Below are positions 11,134 to 25,597 of a DNA stretch of 64,000 nucleotides, piece after piece. The translations under genes and the position numbers were made by a program. Source of the DNA: Mobula hypostoma (lineage: Eukaryota); the NCBI RefSeq assembly GCF_963921235.1, contig NC_086097.1, positions 90,460,001-90,524,000 of the forward strand, given 5' to 3'. The stretch's first letter is position 1, and every line of letters starts with the position of its first letter. The notes under the pieces were generated by a model. It was not told where the DNA came from, ran no database searches, and was given only the letters and a program-made list of their open reading frames with translations.

Positions 11134-13399
11134 TACTTAGCCATACTGACTGCTCCTATCCCTCTCCAAGGCTGTGATAAAGGTCATGGAGTTGTGGTTA
11201 CCATCTGTGAAATGCTGACCCACTGAGAGATCTGATACCTGACCTGCTTCAGTACCATTGGTAAGAAACTGAAGCACAGGGAGAACATGCAGTCTCTACA
11301 CAGACAGTGCTATTGAACCTGTGCTATTGAAGCTGTACTATTCGATGGAAGGTGCAACTGTCAAATTATTTCCTGAATCTAGAATTAAGACAGTCATATA
11401 ATCACACCTTTTAGCTTCATCTTTCCATGCCCATGGGGATCATGTCTAAGTTAAAATTTAGACATCAAAGCTAAAACTTGTGCTTATGACTGTATTAAAC
11501 GTGGGGATCTCAACTAAGTTAGTTGATTTATCCTTGCATGGCTATTCAGATCAGCTAGTGAGGTCTTTGCACCTGACAGATGACATAATGCTAGGGTTTT
11601 CACTGTCCAATGCTGTGGTGGTGGTGTGGCTGTCAGGAGGCAGAGGGAGAGCTGAGACAGGGCCTTTTAATGAATAAGAAGCCTTGTAGTTTCGGCAGAA
11701 AGCCAGCTGCTGGAGGAACTTAGTCGGTCAGGCAGCATCTATGGAAGTGAAAGCATAGTCAACGTTTCGGGTCGTTGATTTTTTCTCCCGGTCCCAGCCT
11801 TCTCCTTTGTCTCTTCCATTTTCTGCAGCCTGGTTGTCAGTGGCTTCATAGCCCAGCCCGTGCTCTGGCCAATATTTCTGACCAGTTAGGTTGGCCAAGG
11901 TCGATGGTATTCTGAAAGAGGTTCATTAGTTTATGAGATTCACAGATTGAGGAGACAGCTGTTATCTTTATTCCAGGGTCAAAATGTTGTTAACAAGGGG
12001 CATGTGTTTAAGGTGAGAGGGAGTAAGTTCATGTAGGGCAAGTTTTTTTAAAATGGAAAATGGTGGTGCCTGAAATGCGTCACCAGGAATGGTGGTGGAG
12101 GGCGGATAAGATAAGGTTTTATGTTAAGAGGGTCTTGGATAGGCACGTGAAACTGCAGAAAATGGGATATGGACCATGTGTAGTGATCAGGAGTGAGCAT
12201 AGGGAAGTTATCGTCTCTCCTGAAATCAGGGCTATAAACAGATCAGTGACCTCAGGAGTGACGGGCAAGTATCATTCCCCACTTACGTATCACGATCCAG
12301 AATTCAGTTCATGCTGGAGCAATGCCATCAGCCTTATTCCCACTTCACTCATTTTCCGTACCCCTGCAAACGACTCCTGACCCACTCTCATCAAATCTCT
12401 GTTGACTGGGGTTTTGTTTTGCTGTCTAGCTATGTGATGGGAGATTTATGGCAGCCAGTTAACCTTCTGCTCTACTTTGAGATGTGGGTGGAAACTGGAT
12501 CTCCTGGGCAAACCCACGCAGTCTGAGGGAAAACTTGCAAAGCTCGTGCAGGCAAGGCCTAAGGTCGAGATTGACCCTGGGTCTCCTGCACCGGCATGCA
12601 AGTCTGCTTTGTGCATTGTTCTGCTTGGCACACTTGCTGGTGTGGCCCTTCCTCAGTGCCACGCACTTAGCATTTAATAGTCATCCCCTCATGACTGATT
12701 GGTGTCAGGTCACTCCCCACAACTACCACCAACCAACTCCCCCCCCCCACCTGCCAGTCACTTCTTCAACACATGCCATCACTCTCACTCCTCTGTTGCT
12801 TCCTCCCCTCCCAGCTGAAGATGGGGTGGAGTGGGGGGGTGTGGTCAGAAGATCAGGGAGTGCTCTCCCTCCGGCCATTAGGCATTTCAGGAGGCAGTGC
12901 TGGAGGTGGCTACTGTGCTGGAATTCTTCAGGGAATGGGGCTGGAAAGCGGTCCGAATTTAGCCTCAGTTCTCCACTGCAGCACGCTGGTTGACAGGCAG
13001 CAGCAGATGAGGTTCACTCGTGTGTGATGGAAACCGTAAGCATGTTTATCTCGACTGCTCCAGTTTGTGTGTTAAAACTCCCACGGGCCCAGGCAGAATG
13101 CACAGCGGGTGGTGATGATGAAGACTCCCACACTCCGTCTCTCATTGGAAGAGCTTGCATGCATCTCCAAAGGTTTTAAATTTTTGAGCATGGGTGTGAC
13201 TTTGAGATGTTTGAAGACAGTTCATGCTGTTTAACCAGGAGGCAGAGAGAATCAGGAAATATTTAGGCACGTATTCAGGTGATTAGCAAATGAACATCCG
13301 GGTGGAGGGGTCAGCGAAGAGTCACCAGGTGGAGGGGCTAATGAGGAGTTCCTGGGACTAGTGGTCACTAAGTGCAGCTTCTTCACTCTAGACAGCAAA

Positions 13400-14520
13400 G
13401 AAACATAGATCAAGCTTCAGAACCTTTGGCATCAATACCTCCTTGTGCAATTGCATCCTTGATTTTCTCACTTGCAGAGACCCAGGTCAGTTTGGATTGG
13501 CAACATCTCATCCACAATCTCCATCAGCACAGGTGCACCACAAGGCTGTGTGCTTAGCCCCCTGCTCTACTCACTTTACACTTATAACTGTGAGGCTGAG
13601 CACAGCCCCAACGCCGTATTCAAGTTTGCTGACGACGCCACTGTCGTAGGCCAAATCAAAGGTGGTGACGAATCAGCATAAAGGAGGGAGACTGAAAATC
13701 TGGCTGAGTGGTGTCACAACAACAACCCCTCATTCAATGTCAGCAAGACCAAGGAGCTGACTATTGACTTCAGGAGGAGGAAACCTGAGGTCCATGAGCT
13801 AGGCCTCATTAGAGGATCAGAGGTGGAGAGGGTCAGAAACTTTAAATTCCTCAGTGTTATCATTTCAGAGGACCTGTCCTGGGCCCAGCGTGTACGTGCA
13901 GTGCCTCTCCTTCCTTAGGAGTCTGCACTGCTTCAGCACGACTTCCAAAACTTTGACAAACATACATAGATGTGTGGTGGAGAGTATATTGACTGGCTGT
14001 GTCACAGGCTGGTGTGGAAACACCAATGTCCCTGAACAGAAAATCCTACAAAAAGTAGTGGATATGGCCCAGTCCATCAGAAATAAACCCCCCCGCCCCC
14101 CACTGAGCACATCTATACGAAGCATTGTCGCAAGAAAGCAGCATCCATCATGGAGGACCCCCACCAATCAGGTCATGCCCACTTCTGGCTGCTGCCTTCA
14201 GGGAGAAGGTACGGGAGCCACAGGACTCATACCACCAGGCTCAGGAACCGTTATTAACCCTCAACTATTCGCCTCTTGAGCCAAATGGGATAACTTCACT
14301 TGCCCCATCACTGAAATGGTCCCACACCTATAAACTCACTTTCATGAACTCTTGTATGGAGGGACCACTGCACAGGATGTGGTAAAAGCTGCAGAAAGTC
14401 GTAAACTCAGCCATCTCCGTCATGGACACTGGCCTCCCCAGCATCGAGGACACCTTCAAAGTGCGATGCCTCAAAAAGGTGGCATCCATCATTAAGGACC
14501 CCCACCACCCAGGACATGCC
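13400..14520 (+). mobile_element. Rex/Babar-type LINE RT fragment
   Basis: TGAPQGCVLSPLLYSLYT and KFADDATVVG in ORF 13472-13681. C-terminal ESILTGC...LQKVV motifs. Confidence 0.85.
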
Positions 14521-14524
14521 TGGA

Positions 14525-15225
14525 GGATCAGAGGGATCATGGGGTTTGAGTCCATAGTCACTCAAGGCTGCTGCGCAGGTTGACTCTGTGGTTAAGAAGG
14601 CAAATGGTGCATTGGCCTTCATCAATTGTGGGATTCAGTTTAAGAGCCCAGAGGTAATGTTGTAGCTATATAGGACCCTGGTCAGACCCCACTTGGAGTA
14701 CTGTGCTCAATTCTGGTCGCCTCACTACAGGAAGGACATGGAAACCATAGAAAGGGTGCAGAGGAGATTTACAAGAATGTTGTCTGGATTGGTGAGCATG
14801 CCTTATAAGAGTAGGTTGAGTAAACTCGGCCTTTTCTCCTTGGAGTGACCGAGGATCAGAGGTGACCTGATAGAGGTGTATAAGAAGCTGAGAGGCATTG
14901 ATCTTGTGGATAGTCAGAGGCTTTTTCCCAGGGCTGAACTGACCAACATGAGAGGGCACAGTTTTAAGGTGCTTGGAAGTTGGTACAGAGGAGATTTCAG
15001 GGTTAAGTTTTTTATGCAGAGAGTGGTGAGTGCATGGAATGGGCTGTCAGCGACGCTGGTGGAGGCGGATACAGTAGGGTTTTTTAAGAGACTCCTGGAT
15101 AGGTATATGGAGCTCAGAAAAATAGAGGGCTATGGGTAACCCTAGGTAATTTCTAAGGTAAGGACATGTAAGGACACAGCTTTGTAGGTCAAAGGGCCTG
15201 TATTGTGCTGTAGGTTTTCTATGTT
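14525..15225 (+). mobile_element. CR1 LINE 3' fragment
   Basis: RPHLEYCAQFWSPHYRKD-coding sequence, ORF 14876-15139, and a ttctatgt-type tail. Confidence 0.85.
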
Positions 15226-17994
15226 CCTTCATCTCAGGTTCTCAATATTTATTGATTATTTATTTGTTTGTTTATTGTTATTATTTCTTGTTATATTTGC
15301 ACAGTTTGTTGTCTGTTACACACTGATTCTGTTATGGTTACTGGACTTACTGAGCAAGAAGATGAATGTCAGGGTTGTATATGGTGACATTTTATGTACT
15401 TTGATAATAAATTTACTTTGAACTTTGAGTCCTGGGGATGCGGGGTCGGTGAAGAGTCATGGAGTGTAGGAGCAAGTGTGGAGTCACTGCGTGCGGAGAC
15501 CAGTGAGGGGTCACTGGGGATGGGGCTGGTGAAGAGGCAGCACATCTGTCCCGAGGATGGGGCACTTTAGCAGTTCTTAAAACCAGACAGAATGGAGGTT
15601 GGTTGGATGTAAGCTGAAGATGTAGAGTTTTTATTAGGTCACCTGGATATAGAGTCACAGAGAAGCACAGCACTGAAACAGGCCCTTTGGCCCATCTAGC
15701 CCATGCCAAAAAATATAGAAGATACTAAGATTGCCCTGTATTTCCAAGATGGAGACACCACTTCTTTCCCATTGCTTCTGTTTGTCTCAAATAAAGTTGC
15801 TCCTGTTGTACAGTGCTCATGGTAAACTCTTTCAGCCTTGATCACAGCCCATCCTCAAACATGCAAATGAAATAATAAGAAAAACTTAATGTACTGGAAA
15901 TCTGAAATCGGAAGCAGGAAATATTGAGTGTGTATCTTCAGTCTCTTGCACCTCCTCCCTATGGTAGTAACACAAAGAGGGCAGAGAGTTATAAAGCACT
16001 AGAGCACAGAAACAGGCCCTCCAACCCATCTAGTCCATGCTAACCTGATCCCTGTCCAGTCCCAGCTATCCATCAGGGACACTTCGGAACTGAATACGTC
16101 ACAAATATTTCAGTAAAAGCAATGGGTGACAAATGCCATCTCCGTTCCTGACATACGTATATAGGCATTGGTAGGAAAAGTTGACAAAAACAAATCAGCC
16201 AGGGATTGCTCCTAAGTGATGTGCACCATGTTTCTACTGTCATTCTGAAGTAGAAGGAACAGAATCAGCAGTAAATAGCCCTAAGTGTTAAAGTTCCTGA
16301 GTACAGGGCCAGTGAGGGCATCAGTGCGGGGACGGGCATGCCAGAGAGAAATAGGGATGATTGGTGTTGGGGTGACATGGTTTGAGGGCAAAATTCCTAA
16401 ATAGAGATAGAGGGTCTGGACTGGTGGGTCAGGTCAGAGAAAGAGATGGGGGTGGGGTGTGAAGAGGAGCATCCATCGTAGTCACTAGCCTTCAATACCA
16501 TTGTGAGCATCTTTAAACTGCCTCAAGAAGGCAGCATCCAACATGAAGGATCCACACCATCCAGGATATGCCCCGTTCTCGTAACAATCATCAGGGAGGA
16601 GTCCACGAGCCTGAAGACACACACTCCATGTTTTAGGAACAGCTTCTTCCCCTCCATCATCAGATTTTTGAATGGTAGATGATCACTGTCTCTTTATTTT
16701 GCTCTCTCTTCACATTTTATTTATGTATTCTTATTGGAGCTTGTTGTAATTGTAATGCATTGCTCTGTGCTGCAGCTGTACAGCAGCAAATTTCATGACT
16801 GTGTCAGAGATAATAAAGCTGATTCAAATTCGTGAGGGAGAGAGTGGTGCGAAAGAGGGAGGGGGAAGAGGCAAGAGATGGCAGAGAGTGAAAAAGGAGC
16901 AGGGAATGGAGGAGTGAGCGTGGGAAGAGAGAAAGGCACGTGGGAGCAATTGAGTACAGGGAACTACTGGGTCAATTCAGAGAGAGAGGGAGGATCCACA
17001 GGGAGCAGCAGTCATCCTTACAGCTGTAGCAGTCACATTTAAAATACAAATTAAAACAAGACAGCAGAGCTAGCAGGTTAGGAGACATTGGGTGTAAAAT
17101 GCAAGTACAGAGGACGCTAGGCACCACAGCACTGTTTTGATGGAAAAAGCCAGCAGCTCCATCGCGGGGGCGGGGGGGGGGAGGTGTCGGAAGGAGCTTG
17201 GAGATGTGTGAAAAGGTGTGTGAATTCTTCACATCCTACGCGCAACTCTTGCGGAAATATTGGCTCCACCGTTCTTCAGCTGGAAGATGCTGCTAAGAAT
17301 GCAGTGAGAAATATTGCTTGGAAGCACATCACACACCAACGTTCTGCAGCAAGCCCAAGATACCCTGTCTGAAAAGGTGGAAGAACACTAACCAATGCAT
17401 CGTTGAAGCTTTTTCCCCTATCCACTTGTTAAAAAGCTGAAGAAGTCAGAACTGAAAGCTCTTCACAGAATTGAATTGCTCACAATGTATATAATTTCAA
17501 GACTTTTTTTTGCACTATCTTACTTTCCATTTTCTATTTTCTATTTATGATTTATAATTTAAATTTTTAATATTTGCTATCGATTTGTACTCCAGGGAGC
17601 AGGGAGCGCAGAATCAAGTATCGCTGTGATGATTGTATGTTCTAGTATCAATTGTTTGGTGACAATAAAGTATAAAGTATCTCCATTATATTCTCATCAA
17701 GGCTTCCAGAGAGTCAGAGGAGCAGAAGGTCCTTACTCTCCAGTGGACATGACTAATGGTGCTCTCTAATGTCCTCTTCTCACTCCTACCTTCAGTGAGA
17801 GGGTACCACAGCAGTTCGAAGACCTACACTCAATGGTTCAGAAATTTCTTTGTTTCTGCTATCAGATTTCTGAACAGCCCATGAATACCAGCTCATTATT
17901 TCATTTTTATTGCGATATTTATTTATTCTGTGATTTATAGTAATTTCATGTCTTTACACTGTACTGCTGCTGCAAAACAAGAAGTTCCTTGGCA

Positions 17995-18560
17995 TTGCAC
18001 ACAAAATGGCGGAGGAACTCTGCAGGTCAGGCAGTATCTATGGAGGGGAATAAACAATTATCATTTTGGGCCCTTCAGGATTGGAAAGGAAGGGGGCAGA
18101 AGTCAGAATATGAAGGTCGAGGGAGGGGAATGATTACAAGGTGGAAGGTGATAATGAAAACTCAGTGAGGCCAAAGTTGGATGGGTGGGGGAGGGGTATT
18201 GAATTAAGAAGCTGGAATGTGATAGGTGGAAGAGATAGAATGGCTGAAGGAGGAAGAATCTGATAGGAGAAGAGAGTGGAGCATGGGAAAAAGTGAATGA
18301 GGAGGGATACCACGGGCTGGTGCTGGGCAGGTAAGGAGAAATGAAGTGGTGAGAGGGGAGCCCGAATGGGAAATGAAAACGAGAGAAGGGTGGGGGGATT
18401 AGAGATTACTAGATATTAGAGAAATTAATGTTTCTGCCATCAGGAAGCTACCCAGATGAAATATGAGTGGCCCCAATATGACAGTAGAAGATGATATATT
18501 GGAAAGGGACGTTGAATTGAAATGGGTAGCCATTGGGAAATCCCACCTTTTGTGGTAAAT
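17995..18560 (-). mobile_element. Old Penelope-like 3' fragment
   Basis: Purine-rich tract and 'caggtcaggcagtatctatgg' end, colinear with 8860-9450 but diverged. Confidence 0.65.
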
Positions 18561-20914
18561 TCCTTGTCATAAAAGACACAGATAATAGACATGATTCTGA
18601 TGGTGACTTATCCCAGCTGGAAGTCTACATTCTGTCAGCCGTCATCAGGAAACGGTTCTCCTTGAAGTAATCAGATAGCAAGGTGATCCACGCTTCAATC
18701 CAAGGTGGCGAATGTGGAGATTGGAGACCAAGTGAAGAAGCTGAGTGAGTGACCTCAGGGTACTGGCAGAGATTGAAAGCTTCTAACTCCACTGCCGATG
18801 AGTCTGATGCTGAATTAAAGTTATTGGTGCAGGTTGGAGTGACTGAGGAGGCGGCGAGAATCAAGCAGCTTGGACTGTGGGAGGATGCAGGTTTGGCAGC
18901 AGGGAGCAGCTGAGGGAAAAGAAATGTTTCTGTTTCTGCAAAGCGATCTCCAAACTCTCGAGAACAGGCCTTCCCTAGGTGAAACGGCTGACAATGTGCG
19001 TTCATTAGGCTGATTGACTGCCACAAATTGCACAATTTGTTTGGGGGGCATTAATGTTCTTGTTGCAATTTGGCATGTTTTATTAGTTTTTTGTGGGAGA
19101 GGGGGTTTGGGGTTTGATGTTCTTGTCATTTGCATGATTTGTTTTTCTGCATGTGGGGGGCTAATGTTCTTGTTACATTTGTACATTTTCTTGCTGGGGG
19201 CTGATGATTATATTGCCATTTGTTTTTTTTTGTGGGGGGGGGGTGAGTTTGATGTTTTTCTTTGAATGACCTCCATGGTTTCCCTTGTTTTGTGGTTATC
19301 TGGAGAAGACAAATCTCAGAGTTGTATTCTGCATATATACTTTGATAATAAATTAATCTTTGAAACTTTGTTGAGCAACGGAGAGAAGAACACCAATTAA
19401 TTTGCCACAGAAAACCACATTTCATTGTCTCTGATGTCTCCTGTTTGTGAAAGGTGTAAGAAAGCTCCCTCCACATGGGGCATGGATACAACCACAAAAC
19501 ATAGCCAGTTAGAGTGGCAATCACCCTAAACCTCCCTCCCCCACCCCTCCACAGCGAAACCTGCCCATTCTTCTGCCAACTGGGGATATTTGGCAAACCA
19601 ATGAAAGGGGAACAAGTGGATTTGGTATGAGGCAAAATAAAATGAGTGAGCAAGATTTTATCCTTAAAAATAATCATGGGGGAGGATGCTCAGCAGGCTG
19701 AAGGTGGAGGTGTCAGTACAAGTTATGTGCCGTGGACGACTGTGCACACCAAGACCATATAGTACAAACACACAAAGAGTAATTCTAGATTTAATGTAAA
19801 TCCGTAATAATGCCCCATGGTCTTCCTGGATACTGCCAACCGCTCCCTATACCAGCACCACTGGTCACAACATTGACCCTTCTAAGACAGTGCTTTAGGG
19901 CTCCTCTGTCTGATCTGGGTGAAATGGAAGCTCAGATTCACAATGATTCTTTGTCCCTTAGCCCACTGACACTTTGTCCCCAGCACTGTTCCTTCCAATG
20001 TGGCACTATGCTCTGGGGCAGGTAGATGGACCTCAGTCTCTGTGAGCAAGCTGAGCCCTCGACTACTGAATGAAAGCCTACATCCTCTGACTGTGGAATG
20101 GCAGCCATTGTTTTTCCACACAACACAGAAACTTAAGGAATTTTAGAAGTATGAGTATTCAAAGAAGGCAAAAAAAAAAAGCCATGAAGATTGCCCTCGG
20201 CTTGCGATCGACTTTCTGAGGCGTGGTCTCTGTTTTAGGAGGAGCACCAACTGTTTTGTGCACAGCAAGCTCTGACAAGCAGGAATGAGATGTGACCCAC
20301 ACAGTATTTTAGTTAATTTGATCAGTGTTCTGCCTTGGTATGGGTGATAGTATTGGCTTATGTCCTGAGATACAATGAAAACTTCTGTTTTGCCTGGCAT
20401 TTGTGCAGATCATAAGTACAACACGCCGATGGAACTCAGCAGGTCAGGCAGCATCTATGGAGGGGAATAAATAGTTGATGTTTTGGCCGAAACCCTTCAA
20501 CAGGATTACAAGTATATCGAGATAGTGAATAGAAAACAGAGAGCCGAATGTAGTGTTTTGTTGTTTCAGAGGAAGTGGGTGGAGGTAGACAAGTAACGTG
20601 TAAGGGCAACAATGAGGTAGATTGGGAGATCAGGAGTTGACCTTTGTCTTTTACATGGGAAAGGTCCGTTCAATAACAGCAGGATAGAAGCTGTCCTTCA
20701 TTCGAGTGGTTCATGGTTTCAAGCTTTCGCAGCATCTGCCCGATGGGAGAGGGGAGAAGGAAAAAAAATAACTGGGCTGGAAGGAGTCCTCGATTATGTT
20801 GGCTACTTTCTAGACGTAGCAGGAAATGTAGACGGAGTTAACTTGGGGGAGGGTGACTCTGAACTCAGTACATTTTGGTTCAGTGCAGTGGAGTGGGAGG
20901 TAAGCTGCAATTCT

Positions 20915-21360
20915 CAGACCATAAGACATAGGAACAGAATTAGGCCATTCAGCCCATTGAGTCTGCTCTGCCATTCCATCATGGCTGTTCCTAGATCCCA
21001 TTCAACCCCATACACTTGCCCTCTCACCATATCGCTTGATGCCCCGACCGATCAGGAGTCTTATCAATTTCCACTTTAAATATACCCATGGACTTGGCCT
21101 GCATTGCAGTCTGTGGCAGAGCATTCCACCAATTCACTGCTCTTCAGCTAGAAGAATTACCCCTTTCTTCAGTTCTAAAATGTCGCCCTTCAATTTTGGG
21201 GCTGTGCCCTCTAGTACTGGATACCTCCACCAGAGAAAACATCCTCTCCACTTCCACCTTATCTAGTCCTTTCACCATTTGGTAGGTTTCAATGAGATTC
21301 CTCCTGCATTCTTCTAAATTACAGTGAGTACAGTATGAAGGCTGCCAAATGCTCCTCATT
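20915..21360 (-). mobile_element. CR1 LINE 3' fragment
   Basis: ORF 21144-21386 (LIETYQMVKGLDKV) and a CR1 3' UTR. Confidence 0.8.
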
Positions 21361-21559
21361 CCCAGACATTGGCCTGCAGCACACAAACATGGGAGTGTGG
21401 GACATGCTGACCTGAGACTAAAAAGTCACCAGTGAAGCAAGTAGGCTTCAGGCCAATGTTTCTGGTCTCTTTCCTGCTGAATTCTCAGTTCCTGAGTGAA
21501 AGCTTCTGGAGCCCAGAGCACAGCAATTGCCGTGCATGTTTGAGATAGCTGTGGTGATA

Positions 21560-22155
21560 GGTGTCGTCGTAGGCAATGAAGATGGTTGCCAAGAACCACA
21601 GCACAACCTTGGTCAGCTGGGTAAAGGGGCTGAGGATTGGTGAATGGAGTTCATCATTTTGGGAAGACAAATCAGACCAGGATTTTCACAGTAAATGGTG
21701 GGGCCCTGGGGAGTGTTGTAGAGCAGAGGGAGCATAGTCTACCCTGAAATCATAGGTAGACTAGGTGGTGAAGACCTTCATCATTCAGGCCACTGAGTAC
21801 AGGAATAGGGGCATTATGTTGCAGTTGCACAAGATGCCAGAGAGGCCACATTTGGAGTACTGTATACAGTATTGATCCCCTTGTTATAGGAAGGATTCCA
21901 TTAAGCTGGAAAGAGTGCATGAAAGATTTATGAGTGTGTTGCCAGGATTCGAGGGGCTGAGTTATAGAGAGAGCTTGACCAAGCTAGGACTTTATTCATT
22001 GGAGCACAGGGGAGTGGGGAGTGATCTTCCAGAGGTGTATAAAATCATGAGGTGCACAGGCTGAGTGCACGCAGTCTTTTTCCGGGGTTGGGGAAATCAA
22101 GAGCTGGAGGGCATAGCTTTAAGGTGAGGGAGAAGATTCAGTTAGAACCAGAGGT
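21560..22155 (+). mobile_element. Decayed CR1 fragment
   Basis: 'aggccacatttggagtactgtatacag' (RPHLEYC) and flanking CR1 sequence. Confidence 0.75.
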
Positions 22156-22159
22156 GCTA

Positions 22160-23230
22160 CACGGTCAAATGGTATGATCTCATTGACTTTTTATGCGGCC
22201 TTGGGCCACCTGGACAATTCTAGTGCGTATGTAAGCATGCTGTTTATTGACTCCAGATCAGTGTTTAACACAATCATTCCTACAGTTCTGATCAAAAAAT
22301 TCCAAAACCTGTGCTTTTGTACCTCCCACTGCAATTGGATCCTCAACGTTCTTACTGGAGATCACAGTCTGTGTGGATCAGAAATAACATCAATTGCTGA
22401 CAGTCAACACTGGTGTACCTCCAGGATGTGTGCTTAGCCCACTGCTCTACTCTCTCTACACCCGTGACTGTGTGGCTTGACACAGCTCAAATGCCATCTT
22501 TAAATTTGCTGACAACACAACTATCATTGGTAGAAATTCAGAAGGTGACGAGAAGACATACAGGAGCAAGTTATATTAGCTAATTGAGTGGTGTCACAGC
22601 AACAACTTTGTACTCAACGTCAGTATGTCCAAAGAACTGATTGTGGACTTCGGAAACGGTAAGACAAGGGAACTCACACAAGTCCATACAGAAGGATTAG
22701 AAGTCGAAAGAGTGAGTAATTTCAAGTTCCTGGGTCTCAACATCTCTGAGGATATTTTGGTTGTAAGTGGCTGCACCACTGTGTGGTTTGGGTAGGGGGC
22801 ACTGCACACAATCGAAATAAGCTGCAGAAAGTTGTAAAACTCAGTCAGCTCCATCATGGGCACTAGCCTCCATAGTATCCAGGACATCTTCAAGGAGCAG
22901 TGCCTCAAAACAGTGGCAATCGTCATTAAGGACTCCCAACACCCAGACATCCCCTCTTCTCATTGCTACCATCAGGAAGGAAGTACAGGAGCCTGAAGGC
23001 ACACACTCAGTGATTCAGGAACAGCTTCTTCCCCTCTGCCATCAGATTTCTGAGTGGAGGTTGAACCCATGAACACTTCCTCACTACTCATTTGCACTAC
23101 TTGTTTAATTTAACTATCTTATATATACATACACACATACACATTGCTTTAGTATTATGTATTTTCATGTACTGCTGCCACAAAACAACAAATTTCATCA
23201 CTTATGGCAGTGATATTAAATCTGATTCTC
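22160..23230 (+). mobile_element. Rex/Babar-type LINE RT fragment with 3' UTR
   Basis: Colinear with 13400-14520 and 55165-56125. Ends in a 'tctgattct' tail. Confidence 0.85.
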
Positions 23231-25597
23231 ATTCCTAGGCGGGCATCTTGGCCAGCACAGACAGGTTGTGTTGAAGGCTTGTTTGCATGCTGCATGACTC
23301 TGTGCCTCTCTGACTCTGACAAAGAAAGCAGAGATACAACCCAGTAATGGACCCTTGGGCACACTAAATCCACACAACTATTAACTATCTATTTACACTA
23401 ATCCTATGTTAATCCACTTTACTGTCCCTATTCTCACCAGCTCCCTGCCCGCCCCCCCCCCCAAGATGCCACAGTTTAAGCAGCCAGTTTAACTACAAAC
23501 CTGGGGAAAACCTGAAGCACGCGGAAGCAGCACAGGGAGAAAGTGCAAACCCCAAACAGACGGCGCCTGAGGCCCGGGTGAACCCCTGGCCCCTTGGGCA
23601 GTGCCTCCGCTGAACGTGTCACTGACATGAAGCAAGCCCATGGCTTATACCCTCAGCAACACAGGCGAAAGGCAGAAAGTACTGCTGGCACCCAGCAGTA
23701 CTTGTGGGGGACATTAAAGGTGACCCTTCATTATCACACTACAATTGTTCATCTCTTGGTGCCTGACCTGCTGAGCATTTCCGACACTTTGTTTTCTGAT
23801 TCCCAAGTTATTAGTGTTGGACAGCAGAGAAGTAGGCCATTCAGCGTCCCAAGTTTATTCCAACTAGCCTGCACCCATTTACTCTAACCCTATACTAATC
23901 TCATTTTATTCCCCCCAGATTCCTAGATTCTACCACTCACCTACACACAAGGAAATTTACAGTTTAGTTAATAGTGCTCAATCATCCTACCAACATGCCT
24001 GTCTTTGGACTGTGGGAGGAACTGGAGCATCCAGGAGAAATCTGCAGAGTCAACGGGAACGCATGGAAACGTGGCGCAGGGAGCGACGGAGGTCAGGATT
24101 GAACCTGCGTTACTGAGGCGGGAAGCAGCAGCCCCGCTAGCTGCGCCATGGTGCCACCCGTCTCAAGTCATTCCTTGGTTTTCCACTAGATGGAGGTGTT
24201 GCATTGTTAAAGCTTCAGCAGGAGACTTGCACGCCGTGTGTGATGCCTGTTCACAGGATATGAGAACAATGGACTATCAAGTGTAAAGTACTGAGAGAAA
24301 TTAGTTATTAAGCACAGCTTGCTTTTATTACTTCGAGCGAAAAAATAAGCTTCAAAACTGAGCCCAGATGCATTGCCTGAATTAAATAACACCCAACTGC
24401 ATAACACGTAGATTGACACAGAAAGTTCTATTTACAACCTCAAGAAATACCAAGATGCTCACGGGCAATTTATAATTTCGAAGTATGGTCACTCTTCCAG
24501 GAAATGTTTGAGCTCATTTATGCATGGCATGTTCCAACACACAGTGATTGGAGGAAGCTGCAGCACAGTGGACTCTGCACAATATATCGTAGGGACAGCC
24601 CCTCCATCAGTTGTCTACTGAACAGCACCCTCAGCACTGGAGTTTAGCAATACAATTATGTTTCAGGTTCAGAAGTTTTATTTATCACACGCACATGGAA
24701 ACATACAGTGAAATGTGTTGTTTGTGTTAACATCCTAGAATGAGTTGTGACAGCCCAGGAGTGTCGTCACATATTACAGAGCCAACAGAGCATGCCCTCA
24801 AGGTTCAAAGTAAATTTGTTATCAAAGTATATATATATCTTGCCGGCCATACTCTCAATCCATAACAGAATCAATAAAAGAACGCACCAACTTGCGTGAT
24901 CAACCAGTGTTCAAAAGACAACAGACTGCAATTGCAAAAAGAAAGAAATAATAATAATTAAAAAATCTAATAAATATTGAGGACATAAAATGAGGAGTCT
25001 TTAAAGTGAGTACATAGGCTATGGGACAGTTCTGTGATTGGGCAAGTGAAGTTGAGTGAAGTTATCCGGTCTGGTTCAGGAGCCTGATGATAGCTGTTCC
25101 TGAACCTGGTGGTGTGAGTCCTGAGGCTCTTGTACCTTCTTTCTGATGGCAGCAGTGAGAAGAGAGCATGGGCTGTGTGGTGCGGGTCCCTAATGATGGA
25201 TGTTTATTATTGTTGTTCAACAAAACAGCAATAAAACCAAACAAGGTAACAATAGCAATACAACCCCTTTCCCACCTTACCACCCACCGGTCCTGCTAGC
25301 CACACAGGCCTCCAACCCTAGGACAGGCTGCTTCCGGACTTTCAGTCCTTGGCTCTGGACTCTCAGACTTGTAGATATCGGGCCTCCAACCTTTAGTCCC
25401 TGGCCCTGATTCGCAGATATTGGACCTCTGGCCTCCAAGTGACCCAGGGGCTTCAATCTTTGGGCCCTTACCTACAAACTTGCCCACTTGGGTCTTTGAC
25501 TTTGAGACTTCTACCTCTGGACTCACTGAGGTGGAGGAGTGAAGAGGCAGAACAATCACCCATCCATTTAGTCCTGAATCCTAGATTCAGAGGATCC

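Noticed and set aside
13027..13041. ATG GAA ACC|GTAAGC as a first coding exon
   Set aside because: Too short, with no promoter or downstream exon support.
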